A DNA stretch of 63,973 nucleotides, filler included, from Trichosphaerium sp. ATCC 40318 (GCA_038496445.1; 3 parts of 3 records of this genome joined end to end with filler, not necessarily neighbours in it), one strand, 5' to 3'. Numbered from the whole stretch's first letter, positions 1 to 15,582 are shown. Numbers and translations are program-made. The notes: generated from the letters alone by a model not told the origin.

Positions 1-202
1 TTTAACATTTACAACAACACAAGAAAAAAACTCGTGGGGTACTCTAGCTACTAAGGAACTAGGTATTCCGAAAATTCAGGAACATTGTACGTCCCCTACG
101 AAATCAAGTTGTTTCAAAAACCAAGACAATTGAAAACAATGTCCAAGTAAGAAAAGAGACAAAAACTCTATCTTGTAATTGGATTGTGTTTCTATTGTTT
201 AT

Positions 203-1746
203 TTAATATACGTCTCCGTTGTTGTACTCTGAGTGAACTTTGCCATCATAAGCAGATAGTACATACGAGTCACTTTTATCACCAACCACAGGACGCCATG
301 CTTTCAAGTCATATTCTCCTTCATTGTATACTTTATCGACTGCTATGCCTTTGACAATTAATGGTTTTTCATGAACACATTCTATTTGTAGGGTAAGATT
401 ATATTCATGATGTATACTAATTGTACAAACAAAAAATCGGAAAAATTATTGTGTACGTTCTGCTGTATGGTCAATAGTTGTGAAGTAGCAAGCATTTCTA
501 CCTCCCCCTTGTACACTAATTTTACCATGTCCGTACTTATCTACTGAAACCTAATACACGGTGAGAAGCGTAGCAAAAAACAAAAATTATCTGAAAAATG
601 GTGCTAAGAACATTGACTACTCACAGCTGTACGCTCATCACATGCAATACCATAAACGCGTTCTTGGTAATATGTAAGAGTTGCTATAGATAAGAATGCG
701 AGATATCGCCCCATACGATCACATGCATGAAAGTGTGTATCAGTCACAGTTCGTCTTAATAGTTTAATATCAAGCATGCTTTTGTTTAGTGTCATATCCT
801 AGCTCTGTTAATAACAGCATCAATAAAACCTCTAATGGAATACTTACTTCATTTAATGGATCCTTAAGTGCCTCCTTAGATGTAGCACTTGCACGTAGTG
901 CAGTATAAGAGTAGCTAAATGACGGTTTAGTACAAAGATAATTGCTTCAAAGAAAGAATGTGAAAACACGTACCCTGCTAGAATGGCCATACCAGCACTT
1001 GTACCAGCTACCACAAGATCACGGTTATCTATTCCATACTGTATTGCATTCATTAACCTTGAACCATTCCAATTTCTAAAGTACACAGCTTGATCACCTT
1101 GAATGGGACATTAAACTTTTTTTGTAAATCAACAATGTTAAACTGACACTAACCTCCTGCGATAAAGACACCACTAGCATTGTTTATAACATCAATGACA
1201 AAATCATCATAAGCAGCTTCACTCTTTGTTAATAGAACTAAGCGCGTTTGTCAGTAAAACCATACAATACACCTGACTTCGAAAACAAAGTTTCAAGCTG
1301 AAGCATTTTCCATGTCATGACATGATCAATTGAACATTCCTTTACTTTGTAGACGTACATGTTGAAGCTGATTCAGCTCCAAAGCCATAAGCATAATCAT
1401 TCAGCTCGTTATGCTGCGTAGCACGTATTACAACAATATTACCACGTCCTGCTTGTGAAACGAACCACTTGTTTGGTATTTTAATTGGCTGTCATATGTG
1501 TCACTTTCTACTTACCTTCCAGGCTCCATCTGAGGACGTACTGCCTCCTTGAAGGAAAAACCCTCCTTTAGGCGCAGAACAACTTTTACACGCTCCTGCA
1601 CACCTTCCCTACGCGTATTAAGTCAATTTGAGTACGTTATAGGTTGTTTGTACCTTACACCAATATTCCCAGCCGTCTCCCTTCTTATGGTCATCTGCAA
1701 CTACTGCAACGACTGCCACCACGAGTACAAGTACTAAATAACGCAT
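203..1746 (-). CDS. Secreted cyanophycinase-like serine peptidase (peptidase family S51), multi-exon
   Basis: ATG at 1746 gives a hydrophobic signal peptide (MRYLVLVLVVAVVAVVA). Exons give GGSTS..WFVSQAGRGNIVVIRA, VFIAGGDQ, nucleophile motif VAGTSAGMAIL, TDTHFHACDRMGR and GIACDERTA. Stop TAA at 205-203. Confidence 0.85.
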
Positions 1747-1981
1747 TTTGCAAGTTGTTGCCACACCAGAGATAAAAAACTTACGAGAAATACGGCTTTT
1801 ATTACCTTTTCTGTTTAAGACCTTTTGCTAGCCATCCATCTGTTCAAACCATGCTCTATGTAGAAGATTTACTTTCGCGACCTCATTTTACAAGCCACGT
1901 GCTCATTCCAACCCAAAAAAACAGTTGGAAAAGTGATCACAATGTAAATGGTCTGTGACAGTCAATACAACCCGCCTACGC

Positions 1982-4553
<2,572 letters not shown>

Positions 4554-5075
4554 ACTGAGAAAATAAACAACAGTTTGATAACCATACCCTTTACCTATTA
4601 CACGATTCATCAATAGTCAATATTAGGACGAAGACACCAATGTCTCTTTAGCATAGCCCTTGATATTTACTGACCTGTCAGTTCCATCCACGGCCACATA
4701 GTACTATTAGCAAAATTACCACATCGATATGTGAGTGTTATTTATCAACGTAAACTCGTCCATGAACAACTATGTTATTAGCTTCGTTGCCCATTTTTTT
4801 TTCTTTGCAGTGCAAAGCCAGAAAAAGATTGTTTTAAAATTTCCACAGGCTTGCAGGAGAATAGAAACAAAACACAACTTTTTTACACTAATTCTTGTTA
4901 TTTTCTTACATACTTGAACAACCAGTCTTTATCAACTTCCTTATACTGTCTTTGCTAGCAAGTAATCAAAGAGCTGGTTACCATAATATTTGAACACCAC
5001 TATTAAGATTTGAAACGCTTATGTGGTAGTAACCTGTACGTATTATTCTGTATTTCAACTCACCATCGAACTTCG

Positions 5076-6109
5076 CTATGGAAAATATAAATTGTTGGCA
5101 TACTCATCAAATGGATTCGCATGAGAAGTATATTGAACAGCATCATTAAATTCCTGTCGTGATCTACCACATTTGACTTTAGTTCCCGCAACATAAATAA
5201 TATTAGCTCCAATGAGAGATTTTACGCCTTCATTTGAAACGTCAGTGAATTGTAGGTCAATGGTATGAACACCAGAAAGCGCTTTGATGCCTTCATCTGT
5301 GACTTTAGTATATGCAAGGTCAATGGTATGAACACCAGCAAGTGATTTGATGCCTTCATCTGCCACTATAGTGTGTTGTAGGTTAATGGCATGGACCCCA
5401 GCTAGCGCTTTGACACCTTCATCTGTGACTGAAGTACAACGAAGGTTAATGGTATGAACACCAGCAAGTGCCTTTATGCCTTCATCTGTTACTTCAGTAC
5501 CCTGAAGATCGATTATGTGAACTCCAGCAAGCGCCTTAATACCTTCATCGGTAATCCCAATCTCTTCAAGGTTAATAGTATGAACTCCAGCAAGTGCTTT
5601 GACTCCTTCATCTGTTACTGACGTCTCCTGAAGGTTAATAGTATGAACACCAGCAAGCGCCTTAAGGCCTTTGTCAGTTACTCTAGTACATCGAAGGCTG
5701 ATGGTATGAACTCCAGCAAGTGCTGCTATATGTTCATCAGTGACGTATACGCCACCAAGGTGAATAGTGTGAACGCCAGCAAACTCGTTTACTACACTCC
5801 GACCAAATAATGCGTGTAAATGTATTATGGTGTGCCTTAGAACACCAGAATGTTGTGTAACTGCTTTTACATCTTTTTGGCCTATTTTAACTCTAAAGTA
5901 CCCAATAATGTCATGAATAATAGAAGCAAATGTACGGCAGGTTTGACAAATAGCAAATCGAGTTGTTGTTGTTTTAGATACTATTAAAGCTAAAATCTCT
6001 GTAGGCAACTCCAATATACTTCTGATCTCGCTTTCAATACTGTTAGAACATGCAAACATACACTAATCGCTGTTTACCGTTTATTTCGAATATCTACGCC
6101 AATAGACAT
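5076..6109 (-). CDS. F-box + leucine-rich-repeat protein (21-aa LAGVHTINL..T.VTDEGIKA repeats)
   Basis: F-box-like ILELPTEILALIV...VCRTF-type segment, then about 9 tandem 21-aa LRRs. The likely true start is ATG 6109, with a 38-nt GT-AG intron at 6077-6040 (MSIGVDIRNKR|IESEIRSILELP). Confidence 0.85.
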
Positions 6110-7239
6110 CAATACAGTAGTTTGTAGTTAATAGCTACAATCAATGAAGCTACGTTTGTAGCTAAGAAAACTTCTTCATATTAAAGACTTAGCATGTTAA
6201 GTTAGGCTAAGTAGTCATCTGTAGCACAACACGGAGTACAAATTTTTGTCACGTGATATTTGTAATTTACAGTCTTTGCTAAAAACCTTTTTGATTGCGC
6301 CCGGCTTAATACCTGAGTATGGATAATTCAATTTACTCCCTTACAATCCATGCTGTCAGAACCTCCAACGCATATTTTTTCTTGACCGTATAAACAAAAG
6401 GTATACAAGCAACCATGGTTGTGAAATTGACACTTCATTTGGGAACACGTGGATTTGATTTAGGGAGACTGTACTTGACCGTTTAACTTAGGCGCACCTT
6501 GAAAAAACTCAAACGAAGCAGTATCGATGGGAAATAGGTTTGTTATGTTCACTTTTAATATAAACCGAGTTAAGACCCATAAACATGCTTACACATGATT
6601 TAGAAGTGTAAAGCTGGGAAAACCCTCCAACTGCGTCGAAAGCACCTCTGCCCCTTTTCTGACACTTCCTAATGAAATAATAACATTGATCGCCCAAATA
6701 TCTACCGATGATATCTCTGTGCGCTGAATAGGCTACAAGTCCTTTTTATGAGCCCCACACTGTCTCAACGAATATTTTTACACAATGTGATGCTATACAG
6801 AACGGTTTGAGGTTAAACAGATGGCCACATTGTGTTGTAGGGTTTTCTGTAAAAGTCCGAAAACTCATATTTTTTTTGTGCACTATAGCGTAAATAACAT
6901 AATTCTCCACGCAAACGAGTAATTATTACATCTTTGGCAATGAGCGCACGCTACGATACTTACGGTATGTTTTAATACAGCAATAATTAAGTACAGCCTC
7001 AACCTGCTTTAAAAGCACCTACCAGGCGTTAATAGCGCTGTTGTATTTATTTGCGATAGTTTTTTCACCCAACACAGGTTAAATAGAAGAAGCATACGCA
7101 AATGGTGTGCGTAGTGTAGATTTGATATCTGTGCGCAGCAAGACAAGCTCTTGTCGTGGCTAGAACTCTTTTTTTTTTCTTCAATTTCAATCACGTGATT
7201 TTCTGTTTGAAGAAACCCAAACATGCTAATGTAGTCGTA

Positions 7240-10200
7240 GGAAACTTGAAACCCCACGCATGTTGGAAATAATCCAGCTGTCCCTGGGATGCTGTTTTCA
7301 CTAGTTTACAGTTTGTTAGTGATATTTGCGTATGTGTTGTTCTATACACAAGTACTAAGAAAGTTTAGGTGATTCCCAACAACCCGACAGTACTCACATC
7401 TAACAACATAGATGGAAGTAGAAACACATTTATTCAGTTGTTTTTACAGCATTGCTACACAAAATATCCAAAGAGGAGGAAGGAAATAGAACATAACTAT
7501 GAGGAGCATCGCTGTGGAAAATATAGCCCTGATTTTAGTGTCTGTGAAATTCACAGCTACGTTAGAAGTGTTTGTGTTTCATTTCATGCATTTTCTAACT
7601 ATAACAGCGGTTGCAAATGTGAAGGTGAGCATAATAAACTATTGCCATCCGTGCTTCTCACACATCCAGATTACAGAGTGTTGCATCAGTTGTGCATTTT
7701 TGGAGAGCAAGATATTGAAGCAAAAATATGCAACTGGCTTAATAAACGTCTTTCAGTTTCAAACAACTGTCTGACTTGCAGTGAGGGAGGGTTTAAGGCT
7801 GCTAAGGTATGTAGCTTTATATTATTTTGAAAACAACCTAATTTGATAAAGAGTGTGACATTACCGGCTTTGATTACAGTGTATCCAAATCCCAATGTTG
7901 TTCAGGACATGGCCAAATTACCTAAGACTTTAAACTCCATGGAAGGTATGTAAAGACAGTTAGCGTTTGCACTTACATAAGCAGAACTTGGGAGGCAGCT
8001 TACATTTTGATGTGGCAGCCTAAACCGCATCCACATTTCGCAACATATGTGAATAACAATGGAACTTGGTGGTTTATTGATTGTATAACATCACTTCCTG
8101 TGCTATATTCAAAGCCTTTAACTAACACATTGAAAGGAAATGCCTCTAGGGCCCACAATAGTATGTGGAAAATACAGGTGGTTGTCTACAGAGGATCACA
8201 ACACACTGTATCATGTAAAGAACTGTACAAATTGCGCCCAGAGGCAAGTAATACGAATTGACCTGATAAGTGAAAGTGACAGTTTCAGGTATGTAAATGT
8301 TGTTCCATTGCTTACAAACATCAAACAGTGACTATATCTTCAGTGACGCTGATAGTGACGCTGATAGTGACGGGAGTATTCAATCAGATGTGTCTGGCAA
8401 TAGTGTTGAGTTGGCATTTACTTCCCAAAATCAAATGGAATTGCCACGGAATATAGAATCTTTTGGGCCAAATGCAGGTGTTCAAATTGTTCAAATATTG
8501 AACAAACAAACAGCGACAGAAGCAAAAAGAAACAAAAATGGCAATCACAAGTGGCTTCTTGAAGCAACAGTAAACACAAAAAAGGGTTCTCGTAGGTGTT
8601 TTGTGTGGGAATGCTATAGGTAAGTAATCTATTTTTTAAACCTCACATCTTGTTTTTCTAACCAACAATAGGTTTTAACAAAAAGTTATCTTGTAAGCTG
8701 TTAAAAAGACACCACTCATTGGCAAACAAATTTCCAATATCTGAAACACCTATAGTTACAACTATAAAAGGGCCAACTAAACTTCCAAGGCTTGTTGTAC
8801 AACGTACAATGTTAAAAATGAGGCACCAAGTACAATGGCCAACAAAAAAAGGTTCAAGACAGAAGGATTACTGTTGATGATACATTGTCTTAACTTCTGT
8901 CACAGAAACACCTTCTACAAGCTCATCAACCACTGCTTCACAGCCAACTGTTGCACCAACAACGGATGCTCCAACTATTGCTGCACACAACAACAGATGC
9001 ACCTAACTGGTACTTGCTTGATATTTTTTAGCTTTCTTTCTAACTGTGATAGATGCGCCAACTACACCTACAACTGCAGCCCCTACCACAGCCACACCAA
9101 CAACTGATGCTCTTACTGCAAGTACTCCAACAATAGAACTGCTAACAACAGCTTCAACTACAGATGCTCCTATCACCAAAACCCAGCTCCAACCGCCAAT
9201 GTACCTATGACTGAAGCTCCAACAACAAAAGCATCAACCACAATTTTACTTTTCTCCTAACAGTGATAGATGCACCAACAACGGAGGCTCCAACCACAGA
9301 GGTTCCTACAACTCCTGCGCCAACAACAGAAGCGCCAACAACACAGCATCCAACTACAATGCCACCAATGACGCCTCCACCAACTACAGAAGCACCTACA
9401 ACTGAAACTCCAACTACTGAGGCACCAACAACTGGTACTTGATTTATATTGTTATCTTTTTCCATCTAACAGTAATGAATGCACTAACTACACAAGCACC
9501 AAGCACAGAAGCACCAACAACTGCAACCCCTACCACTGATGCGCTAACAACGGAGGCTCCTACAACTGCAGCCCCTACTACTGAGGCTCCAACAACTGAG
9601 GCTCCTACAACTGCAACCCCTACAACTGTAGCACCTACTACTGGCTCCAACTACAGAAGCACCAACTACTGAGGTACCTACCACTGAAGCTCCTACAACT
9701 GTAGCACCTACTACTGAAGCCCCTACTACGGAGGCTCCAACTACAGGAGCTCCTACAACCGAAGCTCCAACTGCTGCTCCTACCACGGATGCACCTACAA
9801 CCGAAGCTCCAACGACAGAAGCACCAACTACAGAGGTTCCAACAACATTGGCGCCAACGACAGAGGCACCAACAACTGACGCACCAACAACTGAAGCACC
9901 TACAACTGTAGCGCCTACCACTGAAGCACCTACAACTGTAGCACCTACTACATTGGCGCCTACTACGGAGGTTCCCACGACTGAGGCACCAACTACAGTA
10001 GCTCCTACGACTGAAGCTCCAACGACAGAAGCACCAACGACTGAGGCTCCAACCACTGTAGTGCCTACTACAGATGCACCAACAACTGATGCACCAGTGA
10101 CAGATGCTCCAACAACTGAAGCCCCAACAACTGAAGCTCCAACAACAGAAGCACTAACGACTGAGGCTCCAACTACAGAAGCACCTACAACTGTAGCACC

Positions 10201-11990
10201 AACAAGTGGTACTTTGTATTTTACTTTCTAAAGCAACTAACTTTCTTTGTAGATGCTCCTACAACTGAAGTGCCTACGACAGAACCACCAACAACGGAGG
10301 CACCAACTACAGAAGTGAAGCTCCAACAACTGAAGCGCCAACCACTGAAGCTCCAACTACAGAGGCTCCAACAACGGAGGCTTCAACTACAGAAGCGCCA
10401 ACCACTGAGGCACCAACAACTGAAGCACCAACAACTGTAGCACCTACTACAGCAGCTCCAACAGCAGAAGCCCCAACTACAGAGTCGCCTACAACTGATG
10501 CACCAACAACAGAGTCACCAACTACAGCTACTCCTACAACAGCAGCACCAACAACTGAAGCTCCTACCACTGCAACCCCTACAACTGACGCTCCAACTAC
10601 TGAATCTCCAACTACAGAGGCTCCTACAACTGAAGCTCCAACTACGGAACCTCCAACGACTGAAGCACCAACTACTGATACTCCAACTACTGATGCTCCT
10701 ACAACTGAAACACCAACTACTGACGCTCCAACTGATGCACCAACTACAGAGGCTCCTACAACTGTAGCACCAACAACTGAAGTGCCAACAACTGAAGCTC
10801 CAACCACAGATGCACCTACTACTGAAGCACCAACAACCGTAGCACCAACTACAGATGCTCCAACCACCGAATCGCCAACTACTGAGGCTCCAACAACTGA
10901 ACCACCTACAACTGATGCGCCTACAACTGAAACTCCAACTACTGAAGCACCTACAACTGTAGCACCAACAACTGGTACTTTGTATTTTACTTTCCAAAGC
11001 AACTAACTTTCTTTGTAGATGCACCAACTACAGATGCCCCAACAACTGTTGCACCAACAACCGAAGCACCGACTACTGAAGTCCCTACTACAGAATCGCC
11101 TACAACTGATGCGCCAACAACAGAGGCTCCTACCACTGATGCTCCTACAACTGCTACCCCAACAACTGCGGCTCCAACAACGGAGGCACCAACTACTGAA
11201 ACTCCAACGACAGAGTCTCCAACAACAGAAGTGCCTACAACAGATGCTCCAACAACAGAAGCTCCAACTACTGAAGCTCCAACGACAGAGTCTCCAGCAA
11301 CAGAAGCACCTACAACAGATGCACCTACGACTGAAGTTCCAACTACTGAAGCACCTACAACTATAGCGCCAACAACTGGTACTTTGTCGTTTACTTTCTA
11401 TATGGGAACTTACCTTATTTGTAGAAGCACCAACAACAGCTACTCCAACGACTGACGCACCGACTACAGAGGCACCAACAACTGCTGCTCCTACCACTGA
11501 AGCTCCAACCACAGATGCGCCAACAACTGAGGCTCCAACAACAAACGCTCCTACCACTGTAGCGCCTACTACAGATGCACCAACAACAGAGGCTCCTACA
11601 ACGGAAGCGCCAACAACTGAAGCGCCAACTACTGAAGCTCCAACCACCGAATCGCCAACTACTGAGGCTCCAACAACTGAACCACCTACAACAGATGTCC
11701 CTATGACTGAAGCTCCAACTACTGATACACCTGCAACTACAACTGAAGCTCCTACTAAATCTCCAACTACAAAGGCTCAATAAATGGTACTTCCAACTTT
11801 ACTTTCTAGAACTAACTTTATTTACGGAGGCAACTACAATAGTACCTTCAAGTGCTTCATCAACTGCTGAGGTACCTTGTACAGATGCATCTACAACTGA
11901 TGCTTGGCTTCAACTAAATAAACTACACCAAAGACGCCTACTGCATCCAAAGAAGCTCCAAGGCTTTTACAAGGCACTATTTTTATGGCT
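7240..11990 (+). pseudogene. Degenerate spliced cargo gene: USP-like cysteine-peptidase domain followed by a long Thr/Pro mucin-like (APTTE)n region
   Basis: Cys-box-like WK*SSCPWDAVFTSLQ (~7264-7310), CxC/CxxC pairs, LPALITV..LPKTL, His-box-like PHFATYVNNNGTWWFID (~8030-8080), terminal IQVVVYR. Then pentapeptide repeats 8950-11780 with GT-AG introns. In-frame stops and frameshifts are present. Confidence 0.55.
8950..11780 (+). repeat. 15-bp tandem repeat array encoding APTT(E/D/V/A), interrupted by re-duplicated introns
   Basis: Repeating GCNCCNACNACNGAR units. Closely related introns (GTACTTTGT..TTTACTTTC..TTTGTAG) at 10209-10252, 10975-11018 and 11379-11424, with more diverged copies at 9010, 9435 and 11787. 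Confidence 0.95.
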
Positions 11991-13401
11991 ACTAAAAAAG
12001 CAATTTGCTAATTAAGATGATGCCGAAGATGGGTGTATTTATGTATTGTTTTAAGTGTAATTGTATATTTACATACTCGTTGGAGCCCTTTGTACATGGG
12101 TACCCAATATGGAAAGTGTGTTGGACGTGTAACATTGTCCGAAAATAAAATATGGTTTCTGTGAACACGAAAAAAACGCTGCGGATGCTGCTCAAATTTG
12201 TTTAAGATTGTGTACGAAAATAGGAGCGCTATGGACCAGTTAACATAGTCGCCTGGGTGTGGAGAGCAGGTTTAGACAAGTTTTAGACCAATTACTAAGA
12301 CTGGCGACTATTCAGCGCATGGAGATATACGATACAAGATAGTACAATTAAGTCACCTCTTCTCGGATATTATTCACGATAATGTTGGCTACATCAAAGC
12401 CACAATAACAACACGATTGGATGTTGACACGATATCACAATATGCAGGTGTTCTGAGACATACAAATATTGTTTATCTGTTACAAGAAGGAGAGCCTTTG
12501 GCTAAACTCTCAGGTGTTCATACGATAAAACTTGAGCAATGCAAACGTAACAGATGTTTCAGCTTTGGCTGGTGTACACACAATTAATTTGGCTGATACA
12601 AAAGTAAGCTGTGTTTCAGCTTTGGCTGGTGTTCACACCATAAACGTCAGTTACACAAAAGTAACAGACTCAAGTGTTTCGGATCTTGCTGGTGTACATA
12701 CAATCAATCTGGCAGGTATTAATGTACATGACTCTACATTAATAGCGCTTGCTGGTGTACACTCAATAAATCTCACATCATGTGACAGTATAACTGGAAA
12801 AGGCATTAGAGCGCTTGCTGGAGTCCATACTATAGATCTAAGCAATTGCCGTCCTCAAGACCCAAGTTCATATCAGTCATTGGCTGGTGTTCACACAATC
12901 TATTTGAGTAATACCAATATAAGGGATGATGACTTAAAAGCATTCTCAGGTGTACATGCCATAAGTCTTCATCTATGTAGTCAAATCTCAGATGATGGAG
13001 TTAAACATCTTTCAGGTATTCATACTATTTACCTTGGTGGTACTGGAGTAACAGATGAAGGGCTCAAAGCTCTCGAAGGTGTTCATACTATTTACTTATT
13101 TGACATGCCATTGGAACATAAAATCACCGATAAAGGGATAAAATGTTTGGCTGGAGTTCATACAATCCTAATCTCAGGCCTAAGTAAAGTAACAAATAAG
13201 GACATTGCAGCTCTTGTTGGTGTTCATGAGATTACAATAGAAAAAATGCCTAAAATAACAGAGAGTGGAGTTAGTGTATTGAAAGATGCAATTATCAATT
13301 TACAAGATCATTAATTGTCACTACATGTACCACGTGTCTTGCCTTATTCACACTTGTTCTCGGATACTCGTCAATAATTTCATGTGTTAATTGTTCAGTT
13401 A

Positions 13402-14440
13402 CAGGGCTGAAACTCAGCTAGGCATTGCCTTAAAAAATGATGCATATTCCTAACATTTGGCATTAGATGGCAAAATCAAGGCATTTGCATTTGGCAATGC
13501 CCAATAAAATAAGGCATTTTTACAAAAAGGCAATGCCTTCATCAAAAAGGCATTGATACCAGGCATTTTTGGGCATCTTTTGGCATTGCATAAAATCAGG
13601 TAATGCCTTGTATTGCATTTTTTGGCATTGCATAAAATCAAGTAATGCCCTGTATTGCAAGTACTTTATGCCTTTATTATGCCTTATTTTTTTAAGCAAT
13701 ATATGCCTTGTATTTTAATTCATATATAAGGCATTGCCTATACTATATCATAGGACTGATCACATTAAGGAAGTGGTTTAAGGTAAGTAACAGTCAAACA
13801 ACTTTTACACTTTTTTTTTCACATCACCTACTGACGTTTTATATAGACAGGCACCTAGCGCTCTTAGTAATTCATGAAATTAGACGAAACCACCGCCAAA
13901 CGAACCGCAGCACCCTATTTCATCTACAACAGTAGTAGGAGTGAACTCCGCGATATTTCCAGGACCGCGGAATTCTAACACTACAAGGTAAGTTTTTTTT
14001 TTTTTTTTTTCTACACCATCTCATATTTTCTTTAAGGTTTTTTCAAATGTGGACTTAGGAGTTTTGTGTATTGTATGTGTACTGTATTATAAAATAAATA
14101 ATTGTGTTATTACCTGAAAATGCCCTGGTTTATTAGGCACTGTAGACTATGATAATGCTTCCTTTTTGCCTTCAAAATAAGGCATTGATGCATGAGTTAT
14201 GCCCTAATTTGAAGGGCATAATTCTTAAAAATATGCAGGCAAAACCATTGCAATCTTGTGTACCAGATGCAGGCATTTTTCATCAAATATAAGGCATTTT
14301 TGGAGCAAAAAATAAGGCATTGCCCTGTATTTGCCTTTTTGAATGAGGCAAAAACTAGGCATTTTTGTAAAAAATAAGGCATTATTTGGATGAAAATGCC
14401 TAGGCATTGTCCAAAAATGCCTTGTTGAGTTTCAGCCCTG
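13402..14440. mobile_element. Non-autonomous TIR DNA transposon (MITE-like), CAGGGCTGAAAC termini, copy A
   Basis: TIR CAGGGCTGAAACTCA...TGAGTTTCAGCCCTG, TTA on both flanks, dense subterminal AGGCAT(T)/AATGCCT motifs, no transposase ORF. Confidence 0.92.
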
Positions 14441-14479
14441 TTATAGTCCTTGATTATTCGAGAAGACTACATAACAATT

Positions 14480-15582
14480 CAGGGCTGAAACTAAACAAGG
14501 CTTTGCCTTAAATATGAAGGCATTTTTTTAAAATCAGGCATTGATGGCAAAAATCAGGCATTTAAAAATGGCAATGCCTGATCTTGCAAAGGCAATGGCA
14601 ACAAAGGCAAAAATCAGGCATTGAAATAAGGCTTTGTTGGGCATTGCCTTAATTGTTGCAAAGCCTTGTTTTTTTTAGGCAATGCCTGCCCTAGTTTTTT
14701 TATGCATTGCCAGCCTTAAATTTACAGGCACCAATTAGGCATTGGTTGTGTACACATTGTACATTAAGGATACATTGGTTTAAGGTAAGTTTCCACCACA
14801 CCAACACTTCCTAAACATTTTTTTCCATTTACTACTGACGTTTTATATAGACAGCGTCACCATGCGCTTAGTATTTTATGGATTCTAACGAAACCGCCGC
14901 CATTCGAACCGCAGCACCCAAATGCACCTACAACAGGAGTAGAGGTACTTTAAACCATTTTTCCAGTCCACGAAAATTATACCAATAATTTGTTAATTTT
15001 TTTTTCTAGCTAAAGGTTTTTTTTCACATGGAGGCCATTGAAGTTTTTTGTGTTTTGTGTACTGTACTTTAATAAATGAATCACTATTGTATGCCTATAT
15101 AAAGCCTTGTTTTATGAGTATATGGTGCCTGAGTTATGCCCAAAAATTGAGGGCAAAAATGCCTCATTGTTGCATTAAAAATGAGGCATTATTGGACCAA
15201 CAATGCAGGCTATTTTAAGGCTAATTAGTGAACCAGTTGCTTGCTATTTGGCCCAAATATGAGGCTCTAAAGCCCAAAATTACAAGGCAATGCCTCATAT
15301 TTGCTCATTTTTTTTGGCAAAAACAAGGCAATTTGGTGAAAAATAAGGCTGGCAATGCATAAAAAAACTAGGGCAGGCATTGCCTAAAAAAAACAAGGCA
15401 TTGCAACAATTAAGGCATGGCCCAACAAAGCCTTATTTCAATGCCTGATTTTTGCCTTTTTTGCCATTGCCTTTGCAAAATCAGGCATTGCCATTTTTGC
15501 ATGCCTGATTTTTGCCATCAATGCCTGATTTTAAAAAAATGCCTTCATATTTAAGGCAAAGCCTTATTTAGTTTCAGCCCTG
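14480..15582. mobile_element. Non-autonomous TIR DNA transposon with ~238-bp TIRs, CAGGGCTGAAAC termini, copy B
   Basis: 14480-14718 and 15344-15582 are near-perfect inverted repeats. Same 13-bp tip and AGGCAT motifs as copy A, and a homologous core. Confidence 0.95.

Larger units (their letters stand above)
7003..12270. mobile_element. piggyBac-like non-autonomous TIR element (CC...GG ends, degenerate TTAA target duplication) carrying a cargo gene
   Basis: Left end TCAA|CCTGCTTTAAAAGCACCTACCAGGCG; right end CGCCTGGGTGTGGAGAGCAGG|TTTA (imperfect inverted repeat). Each flank is one substitution from TTAA. Removing the element rebuilds a normal-sized short intron. Confidence 0.6.
6940..13314 (+). 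pseudogene. Second F-box/LRR paralogue; its first intron is interrupted by a 5.3-kb element and the gene is frameshifted
   Basis: Exon 1 ATG 6940-6964 (MSARYDTY), donor GTATGT at 6965, acceptor AAG at ~12280. Downstream SDIIHDNVGYI..YAGVLRHT matches the 5076-6109 paralogue (SIIHDIIGYF..HSGVLRHT). Frameshifts at ~12310 and ~12528; LRR ORF 12532-13314. Confidence 0.7.

Noticed and set aside
31-125. Loose similarity to 26195-26290 (GGGTACTCTA..GGAACT..TGTTTCAA)
   Set aside because: Only short scattered words match; not distinguishable from chance by eye.
6500-6870. Minus-strand ORF fragments between the two F-box genes
   Set aside because: Interrupted by stops, with no recognisable family.
7264-7275. 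Stop-codon reassignment suggested by the in-frame TAA before the Cys box
   Set aside because: TAA, TAG and TGA all terminate ORFs elsewhere in the window, and the cargo gene has other lesions.
9205-11647. Long minus-strand (VVGAS)n ORFs and Q/L-rich alternative-frame ORFs
   Set aside because: They are antisense or frame-shifted shadows of the APTT repeat; splice signals are on the plus strand.
8950-11780. Repeat array as a CRISPR-like locus
   Set aside because: Contiguous 15-bp coding repeats with wobble variation, no unique spacers and no cas genes.
13830-13895. Hammerhead ribozyme in the MITE core (CTGACG...GAAAC)
   Set aside because: The CUGANGA core is incomplete and no stems I-III are evident; CTGAC fits a branch point.
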